A DNA stretch of 64,000 nucleotides from Alphaproteobacteria bacterium (GTDB lineage Bacteria > Pseudomonadota > Alphaproteobacteria > MPNO01 > UBA830). The notes under the pieces were generated by a model. It was not told the origin of the DNA. It saw nothing but the letters and a program-made list of their open reading frames with translations, and ran no database searches. A program made the position numbers and the translations under genes. The stretch is from NCBI GenBank assembly GCA_965243135.1, contig OZ251539.1, positions 1,088,001-1,152,000 on the forward strand. The letters run 5' to 3'. How positions within the stretch are numbered: the stretch's first letter is position 1; the number at the start of each line of letters is the position of its first letter. Below, one piece after another: positions 37,798 through 48,046 of the stretch.

Positions 37798-38652
37798 ATG
37801 AAAATTTGCCGTTTCAACGACGACCGGCTGGGGCTGGTGGAAGGCGAGGAAATCGTCGACGTAACCGCGGCGCTTGACGTCATCCCGCCCGCGAGATGGC
37901 CGGCGCCGCCCGGCGATTCGCTGATCGCCAACCTCGAGGCGGTCAGCGCCAGAGTTCGCGAACTCGCTCCCTCGGGCGCGCGGCGCGCGGTTGGCGAGGT
38001 CAGGTTGAACAGTCCGGTCGCCAACCCTACGAAGGTCATCGGAGCGCCGGTCAACTATCACGCCCACAAGGAAGAATCGATCAAGGACGAGGGCGTCAGC
38101 TTCGGACGGGAAATCAAGACCATCGACCATTACGGCCTGTTCCTGAAGAATCCGGTTCTGACGGGCCCCGCCGATGGCGTGGCGCTGCATTTCACGGACC
38201 GCCGCAACGATCACGAAGTCGAATTGTCCATGGTGATCGGCAGGACGGCGAAGAACGTGGGTTACGACGAGGCGCTCGATTACGTGGCCGGATACGCCAT
38301 CGGTCTCGACATGACCGTGCGCGGCACCGAGGAACGCAGCCTGCGGAAGGCCATCGACAGCTATTCCGTGCTCGGGCCCTGGCTGGTGACCGCCGACGAG
38401 ATCGCCGATCCCGACAAGCTCGGCTTTTCGATCAGGGTCGGCGACGAGGAGCGGCAGAACTCGAACACCGAAAAGCTGATTTTCGACTGCAGAAAGCTGA
38501 TCGAGTACGGGTCCAGCTTCTATACGCTCTATCCGGGCGACGTGATCATGACGGGCACGCCGGAAGGCGTGGGACCCGTTCGTCCGGGAGACGTGATGCA
38601 CTGCCGCTGCGAGGGCGTCGGCAGCATGGACGTCGCCGTTCGGGCGGCCTGA
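37798..38652 (+). CDS. Fumarylacetoacetate hydrolase family protein
   Basis: PVNYHAH, DHEVEL, GLDMTVR, RKAID, GDVIMTGTPEGVG. Confidence 0.92.
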   Translation: MKICRFNDDRLGLVEGEEIVDVTAALDVIPPARWPAPPGDSLIANLEAVSARVRELAPSGARRAVGEVRLNSPVANPTKVIGAPVNYHAHKEESIKDEGVSFGREIKTIDHYGLFLKNPVLTGPADGVALHFTDRRNDHEVELSMVIGRTAKNVGYDEALDYVAGYAIGLDMTVRGTEERSLRKAIDSYSVLGPWLVTADEIADPDKLGFSIRVGDEERQNSNTEKLIFDCRKLIEYGSSFYTLYPGDVIMTGTPEGVGPVRPGDVMHCRCEGVGSMDVAVRAA

Positions 38653-39050
38653 TGGCGGAACGTCTGGTCGGGCGGCTCGCGACCGGCGTCGGCATGGGCA
38701 GGACGTTCACCCGGCTCGACTGGGCGCGTCGGCAGTTTATGGAAAAACTCGGAATCGATCCCTTTCCGGGGACGCTCAACGTCATCGTCGACGACCCGGA
38801 TTCGATGCCGGTGTGGGTCCGGCTCAAGCGGACGGAAGGCGTTCGCATGAACAACCCGAACGACGGACCGCAAGATTGCGACGCGAAGTGCTGGCCGGCG
38901 TTCATCGGCGGCAAGATCGAGGGCGCCATCGTTTTTCCCCTCGTCGAGAACTATCCGCCTGCGCAGATCGAACTGATCGCGGAAGTCGACATGCGCGAGG
39001 CGCTCGGCATCGAAGACGGCGATGCCGTGGCGCTGACGGTGAACGCGTGA
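38652..39050 (+). CDS. DUF120 / CTP-dependent riboflavin kinase domain protein (archaeal RibK-like)
   Basis: G...TGVGMG..F, LGIDPFPGTLN, YP...IELIA...R..LGIEDGD.V. Confidence 0.8.
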   Translation: MAERLVGRLATGVGMGRTFTRLDWARRQFMEKLGIDPFPGTLNVIVDDPDSMPVWVRLKRTEGVRMNNPNDGPQDCDAKCWPAFIGGKIEGAIVFPLVENYPPAQIELIAEVDMREALGIEDGDAVALTVNA

Positions 39051-40123
39051 CGATTTCCCGGGCGACCGCCGAGCTTTGGGTCTTTCCGCTTTCCGGCCCG
39101 ACCGGCGGGTCCGGCATTACCGCGGTCGACGTCGTCGTGGTCGACCTCGAGGATTCCGGCGGCGCCTCCGGAACCGGTTTCTCCTACGTGCTCGGAGGCG
39201 GCGGGCGTACGGTCCTGTCGGCGGCGAGGGACATGTTGGGACGGTTCGTGGAGGGCGGCGAGCCGCTTCCGCCTCCAGCGCTCTGGCGGAGGCTCGCCGG
39301 TTCTCTTAACCGGCTCGGACGCGGCGTCGGCTATCTGGCCATTGCGGCCATCGACGTCGCGATGTGGGATCTCCATGCGCGTCGTCTCGGCATGCCTCTG
39401 GCGGAAGCTCTCGGCGGCGAAGCGCGGATTTTGCCGGTATACGGTTCGGGCGGCTTTGGGCCGGCGCAGTCGCCGGAAGCGGCGGTGTCGCGCGCTCTGG
39501 AGTACGAGGCGATGGGATGCCGCGCGGTGAAGCTCCGCGTCGCCGGCGAAGCTCCCGACGTTCGCCGCATCGAAGCCGTCGCCGGGGCTCTGCCCGACCA
39601 TGTCCGCATCATGGCGGACGCGAACGAGAAATGCGATCTCTTGCGCGCTCGGTGGCTGGTCAACGCTTTGGCCGATGTCGACGCCCTGTGGCTCGAAGAA
39701 CCCTTGCCGGCGCACGATACCGCCGGATTCGCGATGCTGGCCCGGAACAGCCCGGTTCCGATCGCCGCCGGGGAGCATCACCAAGGGGTTGTCGAACTGG
39801 CTCCGTTGATGGCGGAGCGCGCCGTATCCGTCGTTCAACCCGACCTCGCCATGATGGGAGGGATAACGGAGTGCCTGCGCGTCGCGCAAATCGCCGAATA
39901 TCACAACCTCGTGGTCTCGCCGCATTTTCTGCCGGCATTGTTCGTTCACGTCGCGGCCGCGGCTCCGGCGATACGCTGGCTGGAGGACTTTCCATTGCTG
40001 GAGCCGTTGTTCGACTCGCCGGCGACGATGAACGGCGAAGGGAACGTCGCGCCGCCGAAGGAGCCGGGGCACGGGCTGGTCTGGGCGGACGGCGCCCGGC
40101 GCGAATACCGCGTGGACGCATGA
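39047..40123 (+). CDS. Mandelate racemase/muconate lactonizing enzyme family
   Basis: AAIDVAMWDL, KLR, MADANE, WLEEP, AAGE, QPD, SPH. Confidence 0.9.
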   Translation: MTISRATAELWVFPLSGPTGGSGITAVDVVVVDLEDSGGASGTGFSYVLGGGGRTVLSAARDMLGRFVEGGEPLPPPALWRRLAGSLNRLGRGVGYLAIAAIDVAMWDLHARRLGMPLAEALGGEARILPVYGSGGFGPAQSPEAAVSRALEYEAMGCRAVKLRVAGEAPDVRRIEAVAGALPDHVRIMADANEKCDLLRARWLVNALADVDALWLEEPLPAHDTAGFAMLARNSPVPIAAGEHHQGVVELAPLMAERAVSVVQPDLAMMGGITECLRVAQIAEYHNLVVSPHFLPALFVHVAAAAPAIRWLEDFPLLEPLFDSPATMNGEGNVAPPKEPGHGLVWADGARREYRVDA

Positions 40124-40980
40124 GGCTCTGCCGTTACAACGACGACAAGCTGGGGCTGGTCAAGGGCGACCAGTTGATCGACGTTACCCTGGCGCTGGAG
40201 GCGATTCCCGAGACGCGTTGGCCGAGGCCTCACGGCGACGCGATGATCGCGCATCTCGAGGCGGTCCAGGAGGGCGTTCTCGCCAACCGGAAAAACGGAT
40301 ATGTGCAGGGAGTGGCCAATGTCGTTCTGCGCAGTCCGGTTGCCAATCCGGCCAAGATTATCGGCGCGCCGGCCAATTACATGGACCATGTGGCCGAGGC
40401 GCGCCGCGACCCGGGCATCAATTTCGGCCGCGAAACCAGGACGATCGAAGCCTGCGGCCTGTTCTTGAAAGCGAATTCGTCGCTGGCGGGAGCGGGCGAG
40501 GGGATCGACCTCGGCGGCGGCGGCAGGCGCGTCGATCACGAGGTCGAGGTCGCCGCGATCGTCGGGCGGACGGCGAAGAACGTCGTTCGGGACGAAGCGT
40601 TGGACTGCGTGGCCGGTTACGCGATCGGCCTCGACGTGACGGTGCGCGGAGTCGAGGATCGCAGCCTTCGCAAATCGCTCGACTCCTTCGCCTTGCTCGG
40701 TCCCTGGATGACCACGGCCGACGAAATCGATGACCCCGACGATCTCGGCTTCCGGCTTGCGGTCAACGGCGAAACCCGTCAGGAGTCGAATACGCGGCAT
40801 CTCGTCTTCGGTTTCCGCAGGTTGATCGAATACGCTTCCCGCTTCTACACCCTCTATCCCGGCGACATTCTGATGACGGGAACTCCCGCGGGCGTCGGTC
40901 CGTTGGAGGACGGCGACCGCATCGCATGCGAAGTCGACGTAATCGGCCGAATGGAGGTCGAAGTGCGCCGCAAACGCTGA
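40120..40980 (+). CDS. Fumarylacetoacetate hydrolase family protein (second paralog)
   Basis: PANYMDH, DHEVE, GDILMTGTPAGVG. Confidence 0.92.
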   Translation: MRLCRYNDDKLGLVKGDQLIDVTLALEAIPETRWPRPHGDAMIAHLEAVQEGVLANRKNGYVQGVANVVLRSPVANPAKIIGAPANYMDHVAEARRDPGINFGRETRTIEACGLFLKANSSLAGAGEGIDLGGGGRRVDHEVEVAAIVGRTAKNVVRDEALDCVAGYAIGLDVTVRGVEDRSLRKSLDSFALLGPWMTTADEIDDPDDLGFRLAVNGETRQESNTRHLVFGFRRLIEYASRFYTLYPGDILMTGTPAGVGPLEDGDRIACEVDVIGRMEVEVRRKR

Positions 40981-41180
40981 TCCTCGCTTCGGCGACGGCA
41001 GGCGGGTACGAAGCATGGCGAACTTCGCCGATTCGCTCGCCCCCTCTGCGTCCGCGGGTTCGGACGCGCCGGAAACGGAAGCGGCTTCGCTCGCGTCCGC
41101 CGAGACTCCGACGGTCGGGTCGCGACAGCGCGCCGCCGGAGGGGCTGCGCCCCGCAGGGCGCGGCCGTTTCCGGGAGATC

Positions 41181-42404
41181 CTATCGATCGAAATCGAAGA
41201 TCCGTTTCGCGTTGAGTCCGAGAATGTTTCGCTTGGCCTGCTCGTCGAGGAACGGCAGATCCCAGATCACGCTCGGCGTGTCGAAATCGTAGTGCGGCCA
41301 GTCCGAGGCGTAGAGCAACTGGGTTCGCGCGTTGATCATCTCGAAGGTCAGTTCCAGCGCCTTGGGATGGTCGGTCTCCATGGGCTGACAGGTGTAGTAC
41401 ATCTCCTTCATGTACTCGCTCGGCATCTTCTTGAGCACCGGCGCTTCGGACGAGCGCATCAGGTACGTGTGGTCGAGCCGCTGCATGAGCCACGGAACCC
41501 AGGCGAGGCCGGACTCGATCCAGACCACGTCGAGTCCGGGAAACCTCTCGGGCAACCCGTTCATGATCCAGTTGGTCATGTGCACCACGTTGCACCACAC
41601 GAACGACAGCGCGTGCATGGACCCGAAGCGGTTGATCTGCATCATGAAGGGATCCTGCCAGTAGTATCCGGCGTGGAAGCCGATGGGCAGGCCGCGCTCC
41701 TCCAGCGCCCGATAGACCTTCATGTAGTGATTGTGGTGGACGGCCTTGTAACGCACCGAAGTCACCATGAACCCGACGCAGCCCGGCGCGTCCCCGAATT
41801 CCTCGATGGTTTCGAGCGCCGACTCCGGATCGTTGAACGGCAGAAACATCATGGTCTTGAGCCGTTTGTCCTTGGTCAGGATGTTGTCCACCTGCCAGCG
41901 GTTGTAGGCCTTTCCGAGCACCGCTTCCATGTCGAACTGGGGATGCATTCCGAGAAACAGCATGGGCGTCGGGAACACGATCTGCACATTGATGCCCATC
42001 GCCTCGTAGGCGCGTTTGGCGAGCACGAGATCGCGATGCCCGCCCGCCGCCTTGATGTCGCTTTCGTCGACATGTTCGCCGCGGGCCGCCTGGTGCGGAA
42101 TGCGGCCGCCGACGTCCTGATAGCGCATCGCCAGATCGCCGTTCAACCCGTAGGGAGGCGTGCCGGATCGATGGAACACCATCTCGCGCGCGTTCTCCCG
42201 AACGACCGGATCGTCGATGTAGCCGATGATCTCGCGCCACGATTCGGTTTCGGTGTGATGCGAATCGATGTCGACGATGAACACGTCGTCGAAGTTGCGT
42301 TCGTCCGCCTGCTTGCGCGCCTTCGCCAGGACGTCGCGCGAATCCGTGTAGGTCGTGATTTCCCTGACGGTGTTTTCCCGTACCGGTTCGATGCCCGTAT
42401 CCAT
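41181..42404 (-). CDS. Amidohydrolase_2 family protein
   Basis: IVDIDSH, GFHAG, ESGLAW, ASDWPHYD, ILGLNA. Confidence 0.9.
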   Translation of the reverse strand: MDTGIEPVRENTVREITTYTDSRDVLAKARKQADERNFDDVFIVDIDSHHTETESWREIIGYIDDPVVRENAREMVFHRSGTPPYGLNGDLAMRYQDVGGRIPHQAARGEHVDESDIKAAGGHRDLVLAKRAYEAMGINVQIVFPTPMLFLGMHPQFDMEAVLGKAYNRWQVDNILTKDKRLKTMMFLPFNDPESALETIEEFGDAPGCVGFMVTSVRYKAVHHNHYMKVYRALEERGLPIGFHAGYYWQDPFMMQINRFGSMHALSFVWCNVVHMTNWIMNGLPERFPGLDVVWIESGLAWVPWLMQRLDHTYLMRSSEAPVLKKMPSEYMKEMYYTCQPMETDHPKALELTFEMINARTQLLYASDWPHYDFDTPSVIWDLPFLDEQAKRNILGLNAKRIFDFDR

Positions 42405-42450
42405 CAGACTCTCCCGTTGGTTCTCCGGCCCGCGGCCGGATGCCGTTGCG

Positions 42451-42765
42451 TCATGCCTCCTCGCCCGGCCGCGGCCTTCCGAACCACATGGCGAGGTCGA
42501 ACGTCGATAGGTTGACGGCGCGCAGCATGTCCGAACAGGTCATTACGACGTCCGTCGCCGTCACGTCCTGCTGGCCGGTATAGGGCGAGAAGAAGCGCTC
42601 TTCCATCTCGACCTTGTTGGCGAACAGCCTCGTGCCCGCGGTCAACAGCCGCTGCACCGTTTCGTCCGGTATGGCCTCGGTGTCGCCGTCGTCGAGCGCC
42701 CTGCGGGCGATGTTCAGCGCCGTCGCCGCCGCGGCGTCGAGCGCCGCCAGTTCAGACGGCGACAT
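42451..42765 (-). CDS. Small hypothetical protein
   Basis: Overlaps the Rieske gene; VTATDV...MLRAVNLSTFDLAMW. Confidence 0.7.
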   Translation of the reverse strand: MSPSELAALDAAAATALNIARRALDDGDTEAIPDETVQRLLTAGTRLFANKVEMEERFFSPYTGQQDVTATDVVMTCSDMLRAVNLSTFDLAMWFGRPRPGEEA

Positions 42766-43120
42766 AGACTTCTCCGTCCCTGACCGACACCGCATAGGGC
42801 TTCAGGCGAACGTTCCTGCTGCCCGGATGGCGGCCCGTCTTCACGTTGTATTCGAAGCCGTGCCAGGGGCACACGATGTGCACGTCGGTCTCCGAGAACT
42901 TGAGGCCGTGCGCCGTCTTTTCGGTCTCGTGGATGATCTCTTCGACCCGGTTGATGATCTTCCCCTGGCACGCGGGGCCGCCTTGGTGGGCGCAATTGTT
43001 CTCGTAGGCGTAGAATTCGCCGTCGACATGGAACACCCCGATTTCCAGATCGCCTTGCGCGATGATTCTGCGATCCCGGTCTCCGAATTCTTCGGTCCTT
43101 CCCACGTAAAGTTCCGCCAC
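42752..43120 (-). CDS. Rieske 2Fe-2S ferredoxin
   Basis: CAHQGGP and CPWHG motifs. Confidence 0.9.
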   Translation of the reverse strand: MAELYVGRTEEFGDRDRRIIAQGDLEIGVFHVDGEFYAYENNCAHQGGPACQGKIINRVEEIIHETEKTAHGLKFSETDVHIVCPWHGFEYNVKTGRHPGSRNVRLKPYAVSVRDGEVYVAV

Positions 43121-43257
43121 TTTCGCTTCTCCTTCTGCCGAAGCCGCCTTGCGGTTCAGACGCGCTTTCGGAGATCGTACAACAAACGCGGGGAAACGCC
43201 AACTTCGGGCGCCGCGCGGCGCGACGGAGCGGCGCTTCGGCGCGGAAGAGGCCCGGC

Positions 43258-44238
43258 TCAGGCGGCGGCGATTTCCGAGAGCAACGCCGGGTCGACGTTG
43301 CCGCCCGACAACACGACGCAAACCGTCCGCCCGGCGACGTCGGGCCTGCCGCGAAGCGCCGCCGCGAGCCCCGCCGCGCCGCCGGGTTCGGTCGCCAGGC
43401 AAGCGTCCACAAGCGCGGCTTTCATCGCCGCCTTCACTTCCGCGTCCGACACGGCGACCGCGCCGGCCAGCAGCGCGCGATTGATCTCGAACGTCAGTTC
43501 TCCCGGCGTCGGAACCAGCAGCGCGTCGCAAATCGACGCGGCGCCGGGCGGATTGGCGGTCCGCGCGCCGGACTCCAGCGATCGCCGGGTATCGTCGAAT
43601 CCCTCGGGTTCCGCGGCGTAGATCTCGACATCCGGCCAACTGTCGCGCAACGCGATCGCGCATCCGGCGACGAGGCCCCCGCCGGAGCACGGGACGATCG
43701 CCATGCTTGGTACGACGCCGATTTCGGCGCATTGCTCCACGATTTCGAGACCCACCGTGCCCTGGCCGGCGACGACGTCGGCGTGGTCGTAGGGCGGTAT
43801 CGGAACCGCGCCGGTGCGGGCGGCGATCTCGGCGGCGGCGGCCTCGCGCTCTCCGCGTTCGCGGAGCACGACGGTCGCGCCGTAGGCCTCGGTCCTGTCG
43901 ATCTTGATGCGGGGCGCGTCCGACGGCATCACGATCGTCGCGCGGATTCCCAGCCGCCGCGCCGCGGCCGCGACGGCCTGCGCGTGATTGCCGGACGAAA
44001 AGGTCGTCACGCCGCGGGCGCGCTCCGCGCCGGACAGTTGCGACATGCGGTTCCAGGCGCCCCTGATCTTGAACGCGCGCATGGGCTGGAACGTCTCGCA
44101 CTTGAGGAGAAGGCGCGCCCCGGCCCGGTCGTTCAGCGCCTCGAATTCCAGCAAGGGCGTCCGGACGGCCACGCCCTCGAGCCGGGCCGCGGCGGCGCGA
44201 ACGTCGGCGATCGACGGGAGGCGGTCAGCGGACGGCAA
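43258..44238 (-). CDS. Threonine/serine dehydratase (PLP fold II)
   Basis: RTPL, FKIRGA, SSGNHAQ, SGGGL, LSGGN; start uncertain. Confidence 0.9.
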   Translation of the reverse strand: MPSADRLPSIADVRAAAARLEGVAVRTPLLEFEALNDRAGARLLLKCETFQPMRAFKIRGAWNRMSQLSGAERARGVTTFSSGNHAQAVAAAARRLGIRATIVMPSDAPRIKIDRTEAYGATVVLRERGEREAAAAEIAARTGAVPIPPYDHADVVAGQGTVGLEIVEQCAEIGVVPSMAIVPCSGGGLVAGCAIALRDSWPDVEIYAAEPEGFDDTRRSLESGARTANPPGAASICDALLVPTPGELTFEINRALLAGAVAVSDAEVKAAMKAALVDACLATEPGGAAGLAAALRGRPDVAGRTVCVVLSGGNVDPALLSEIAAA

Positions 44239-45076
44239 GGAACTCGTCCAGCACCGCGCGCGCTTCCGGTTCGCCCAGGGTCGGCGCATGGCCCGTTCCC
44301 GGAATTTCGCGCGCGGTCAGATCGGGCTTCGCTTTCCGCATGCGCTCGAAGCAGGCTCGCGAAAGGATATCCGAACGCTCCCCGCGCAGGAGCAGGACCG
44401 GCACGTTGCGCAGCGTTCGGAACAGGGGCCACATGTCGGGGATCTCGTAGGAGGGCCTGAGCATCGGCTTCGCGACGTTCACGTCCCAGTCGAAACGCAG
44501 CTTGCCGTCCTCGCACCGGCGAAAGGTGTTCTGCGCCATCCGCAGCCACGAGGCTTCGTTCTGGAACGCGAGATTCGGCATCGCCCGCTTGATCGTCGCG
44601 ACCGCTTCTTCCCAGTCGCGCTGCGGGCGGTCCTTGCGAATGTAGCGAAGGATATGGCCCATGCCTTCCGTTTCCACTTCCGGCCCGACGTCGTTCAGCA
44701 CGGCGCCGGCCAGCGCGCCCGGCTGGGTCGCGCCCATGGCCATGGCCAGAATTCCTCCGAGGGAGGTGCCGACGACGACGACCTCGTGAACGTTCAGGGC
44801 GGCGAGAAGGTCCTGAATGTCGCGCAAGTAGGCGCGCGGATCGTAGTTTCTCCAGTTCCGATCGTAGTCCGAGCGGCCGCGTCCCCTGTAATCCGGGCAT
44901 ATCGCCCGCCGGCCGTCGCCGCTTTGCCATTCCGCGAACGAATCGAAGTCGCTGGAATTGCGCGTCAGCCCGCCCAGGCACAGCAGCGCGGGACGCGCGT
45001 CGAGCGGATCGCCGTAATCCCGGACGTAGAGGGAAAGGTCGTCGTGGGACGCGACGCGGCGTTCGCGGAACGGCAT
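44225..45076 (-). CDS. Alpha/beta hydrolase
   Basis: GLTRNS.DF, DYRGRGRS, GTSLGG, GHAP. Confidence 0.9.
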   Translation of the reverse strand: MPFRERRVASHDDLSLYVRDYGDPLDARPALLCLGGLTRNSSDFDSFAEWQSGDGRRAICPDYRGRGRSDYDRNWRNYDPRAYLRDIQDLLAALNVHEVVVVGTSLGGILAMAMGATQPGALAGAVLNDVGPEVETEGMGHILRYIRKDRPQRDWEEAVATIKRAMPNLAFQNEASWLRMAQNTFRRCEDGKLRFDWDVNVAKPMLRPSYEIPDMWPLFRTLRNVPVLLLRGERSDILSRACFERMRKAKPDLTAREIPGTGHAPTLGEPEARAVLDEFLAVR

Positions 45077-45081
45077 TGCGG

Positions 45082-45756
45082 TCAGAGCCCGAGAATTTCC
45101 GGCAGTTCCGTCAGGGTCCCGATCTCCGCCCGGGGCGGGGCGGGCAGCCGTTCGGGCGGCTCGCCGGTCCGGTTGATCCAGACGGCCGCGAAGCCGAACG
45201 CGCCGGCTCCGTGGACGTCCCAACCGTTCGAGGAGAGGAAAGCGATTCGCTCGGGAGGGACCTTGAGTCGGTCGGCGGCCAACCGGTACGCGGAGGGGTG
45301 GGGCTTGTACATGCCCGCGCTCTCCACCGAGAGAATCAGGTCGAACATCGGATAGACGTCCGCGTTCTTGGCCGCGGCGATCAGCATCGACATGTCGCCG
45401 TTCGACAGGATCGCCGTCTTCCTGCCGCCCGCCTTCAGCCGGCCCAGCGCGTCGCGGGCGTCGGGATAGGCCGCGAGCCGGAGATAGAGCTCCATCAAGC
45501 GCGCCCGCAGCCCCGGATCCTCCATGTCGAGCCGATGCATGGCGTAGTCCAGCGCGTCGCCCGTAATTTGCCAGAAGCTGTCGTGCCGTCCCATCAGGCT
45601 TCTGAGCCAAGTGTAGCGGAGCTGCCTTTCGCGCCATATGGCGGACAGGGCGTCGGCCTCGTCTCCGAGTTCGCCCCTGAGCCGCGCCGCCGCCGAATGG
45701 ACGTCGAACAACGTGCCGTAGGCGTCGAATACGCAGGCTTCGATTTCGTCGAACAT
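45082..45756 (-). CDS. Haloacid dehalogenase type II
   Basis: FDAYGTLFD, LSNG, YKP, SSNGWD. Confidence 0.93.
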   Translation of the reverse strand: MFDEIEACVFDAYGTLFDVHSAAARLRGELGDEADALSAIWRERQLRYTWLRSLMGRHDSFWQITGDALDYAMHRLDMEDPGLRARLMELYLRLAAYPDARDALGRLKAGGRKTAILSNGDMSMLIAAAKNADVYPMFDLILSVESAGMYKPHPSAYRLAADRLKVPPERIAFLSSNGWDVHGAGAFGFAAVWINRTGEPPERLPAPPRAEIGTLTELPEILGL

Positions 45757-45813
45757 GGAAAGCCTCCCCTGCCGGGTCGAATCTAGCTTGGCTCCCGGAG
45801 GGCGGCAACGACG

Positions 45814-47865
45814 CTATCGGCGAAGGTCCTCGACGATCGTCGCGACGGCTTTCTTTTTTCCCGACATCGCGCGGTAGACCTGCAGGGCTTCCAGCACGCG
45901 CTGAACGTAGTTCCGGGTTTCCGGATAGGGCAGAGCCTCGATCCAGTCGATCCAGTCGAGGACGCCGCCGCCGCGGGGGTCGCCATACTTCCCGATCCAG
46001 CGCGTCACGGCGGCGGGACCCGCGTTGTAGGCGGCGATCGCGAGCGCGTACGAGCCGTCGAAGATCCCGAGCATCCGCGAGAGGTAGGCGCGCCCAAGCC
46101 GCAGGTTGTAGGCGGGATCCGCGGTCAGGCGATCGCGCGAAAAACGAATCTTCAATCCGCGGGCCGTTTCGCGCGCCGTTTCGGGCTTGATCTGCATAAG
46201 CCCGCGAGCGTTCGCGGAGCTGATCGCGTCGGGCCGGAAGTTGCTTTCCTGGCGGATCAGGGCGAGGACCAGCTCGCGCTCCGCGGGCGCGCCGGCGATC
46301 TTCATCGCCGGATAGGCGATTTCCGGAAGGCGCAATCCTTCGCGATAGGCGCGGCGGCCCGCCAGCACCGCGATGTCGGGATGTCCGACGGCCGCCGCCA
46401 GGCGGGCGGTCTGCACGAGCCGCTCGGGGTCGGGGGTCAACAGCCGGCGGAGGAACGGCCGGGAACGGTCGGCGGCGCCGATCTCCTTCAGCATGAGCGC
46501 GGCGCGAACCCGCTCGTCGCGGCGAAAGCGGACGGTTTGCGCAGGGGTGGGGCGGACGTCCTGCCGCTTCAGCGCGAGAGGGAGGCCGGCTTCCGCGATC
46601 GCGAGTAGGCCGTAGAACGTCGTTTCGTGGCGGCCGGCTTCGCGAAAGCGGGCGGCGGCCGTTTTTCGATCGTTCGCCTCCTTCGCCGCCCGTCCCGCCC
46701 AATAGGCGGCGCGCGCCTTGCTGATGGGGCGTTTCACGCTTCGCCGCATCGTCTCGAAATGACGGGCCGCGGTCTCCGGCTTGCGGAGAAAGCGCAACGC
46801 GATCCACCCGAGAAACCACTCCGCGTGCGCGAAGCGCGCGCCTTCCGAGAAGCCGTGCCCGGCGGCGAGCCGATAGGCCTTCGACGCCTGGCCTTCGACG
46901 ATCAGTTCGCGCGCGGCGATGGATCGTTCCGTCCACCATTTTTCCGGATGCGGGGCGGTCGCGGGGACCTTTCGAAGCAGATCCAGGGCGCTTTCCGCGA
47001 GGCCTTTGCGGCGCCGCCAGCGGACCCTTTCGTAGACGAGGCCGGGGTGATCCCGCAGCGACGCCGGCACCCGCCGGATGAGGCGGTCCACGCCGCCGCG
47101 GAGAGCGCTCAGCGCCATCCGGGCTTCGGCGAGGGCCCGGACCGGCCTCGCGACCCGGCGAACGACCCGCTTGGCCTGGGCGAAGCTGCCGCGCCACAGC
47201 AGGCGGTCGAGGCGCGCCGCGTGATCGGATTTGCGGAGATGGCGACCGAACCGCCGGCGGAAATCGCGATCCTGCGTCCTGCCGAACGCCGAGGAGATCC
47301 AGGTTTCGCGAACCAGCGAACGGACGTCGCGACCGGCCGCGATGGAAGCGTCGATCAGCCGCAAGCGACCGTCCGTGGTCGTGGGCGGATGCTTTTCGAA
47401 CCATTTCAGGAGGTCGCGGGCGGACGCCTCGCCGATCGGAGATCTTTCGGCGGCCCGGCGCAGGACCGGCAGGCGCGGCCATTCCGGATTGCGTTCGACG
47501 AAGGACGCGATTTCCGAGAACGTCCGGCGGGTGTCCGGCCGCGTCATGTCGAGCCAGAGCAGCACCTTGGCGGGCAGGCGTTCCCGCGCGGAGCGGGCCA
47601 GCCGGTGCGCCTTCGGCCAGTCGTTCCGCTCCGCCGCGGCGAACGCCAGGGAATAAGCGGCCTTGTCGGCTTTCGACAGCAGTTCGCCGGCGGTCGGCGC
47701 GCCGCACAGGCAAAGGGCCGCGGTCGCGAGAAGAGTCCGGCATCGCCGGAACGACGCTCGACCGGCGACCGTTCGCGGCGCGGTCCGCGCCGTTCCCGCG
47801 CCTTTCGACTTCCGCGGCCGTTCCTGCCGCGCCGAACGGGCGGGCCCGCATGTTTCGCTCGACAT
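45814..47865 (-). CDS. slt: Soluble lytic murein transglycosylase
   Basis: IRQES, GLMQ, AAYNAG, ETRNYV; true start may be downstream of 47865. Confidence 0.9.
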   Translation of the reverse strand: MSSETCGPARSARQERPRKSKGAGTARTAPRTVAGRASFRRCRTLLATAALCLCGAPTAGELLSKADKAAYSLAFAAAERNDWPKAHRLARSARERLPAKVLLWLDMTRPDTRRTFSEIASFVERNPEWPRLPVLRRAAERSPIGEASARDLLKWFEKHPPTTTDGRLRLIDASIAAGRDVRSLVRETWISSAFGRTQDRDFRRRFGRHLRKSDHAARLDRLLWRGSFAQAKRVVRRVARPVRALAEARMALSALRGGVDRLIRRVPASLRDHPGLVYERVRWRRRKGLAESALDLLRKVPATAPHPEKWWTERSIAARELIVEGQASKAYRLAAGHGFSEGARFAHAEWFLGWIALRFLRKPETAARHFETMRRSVKRPISKARAAYWAGRAAKEANDRKTAAARFREAGRHETTFYGLLAIAEAGLPLALKRQDVRPTPAQTVRFRRDERVRAALMLKEIGAADRSRPFLRRLLTPDPERLVQTARLAAAVGHPDIAVLAGRRAYREGLRLPEIAYPAMKIAGAPAERELVLALIRQESNFRPDAISSANARGLMQIKPETARETARGLKIRFSRDRLTADPAYNLRLGRAYLSRMLGIFDGSYALAIAAYNAGPAAVTRWIGKYGDPRGGGVLDWIDWIEALPYPETRNYVQRVLEALQVYRAMSGKKKAVATIVEDLRR

Positions 47866-48046
47866 TTCGGGGGCCTGCGAACCTCCGGCGGCTTCGTCGC
47901 GCCGCCAGGGCCCGGACGCCCGCGCGCACGATGAGAGCCGCCTACTTACGCCGTTTCCTTCGCGAACGCGAATTCTCCCGCCGCCGCTTGCCGGAGATTC
48001 CCGCGGGCGCTAGTCTGCCGGACGTCGAAATTTCTTGGAGGCTGCC

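Noticed and set aside
44225-47929. Very long alternative ORFs (1234 aa here; also 17671-20592, 4097-6262, 51799-53967)
   Set aside because: Arg/Pro/Ala-rich shadow frames of real genes, as expected at high GC.
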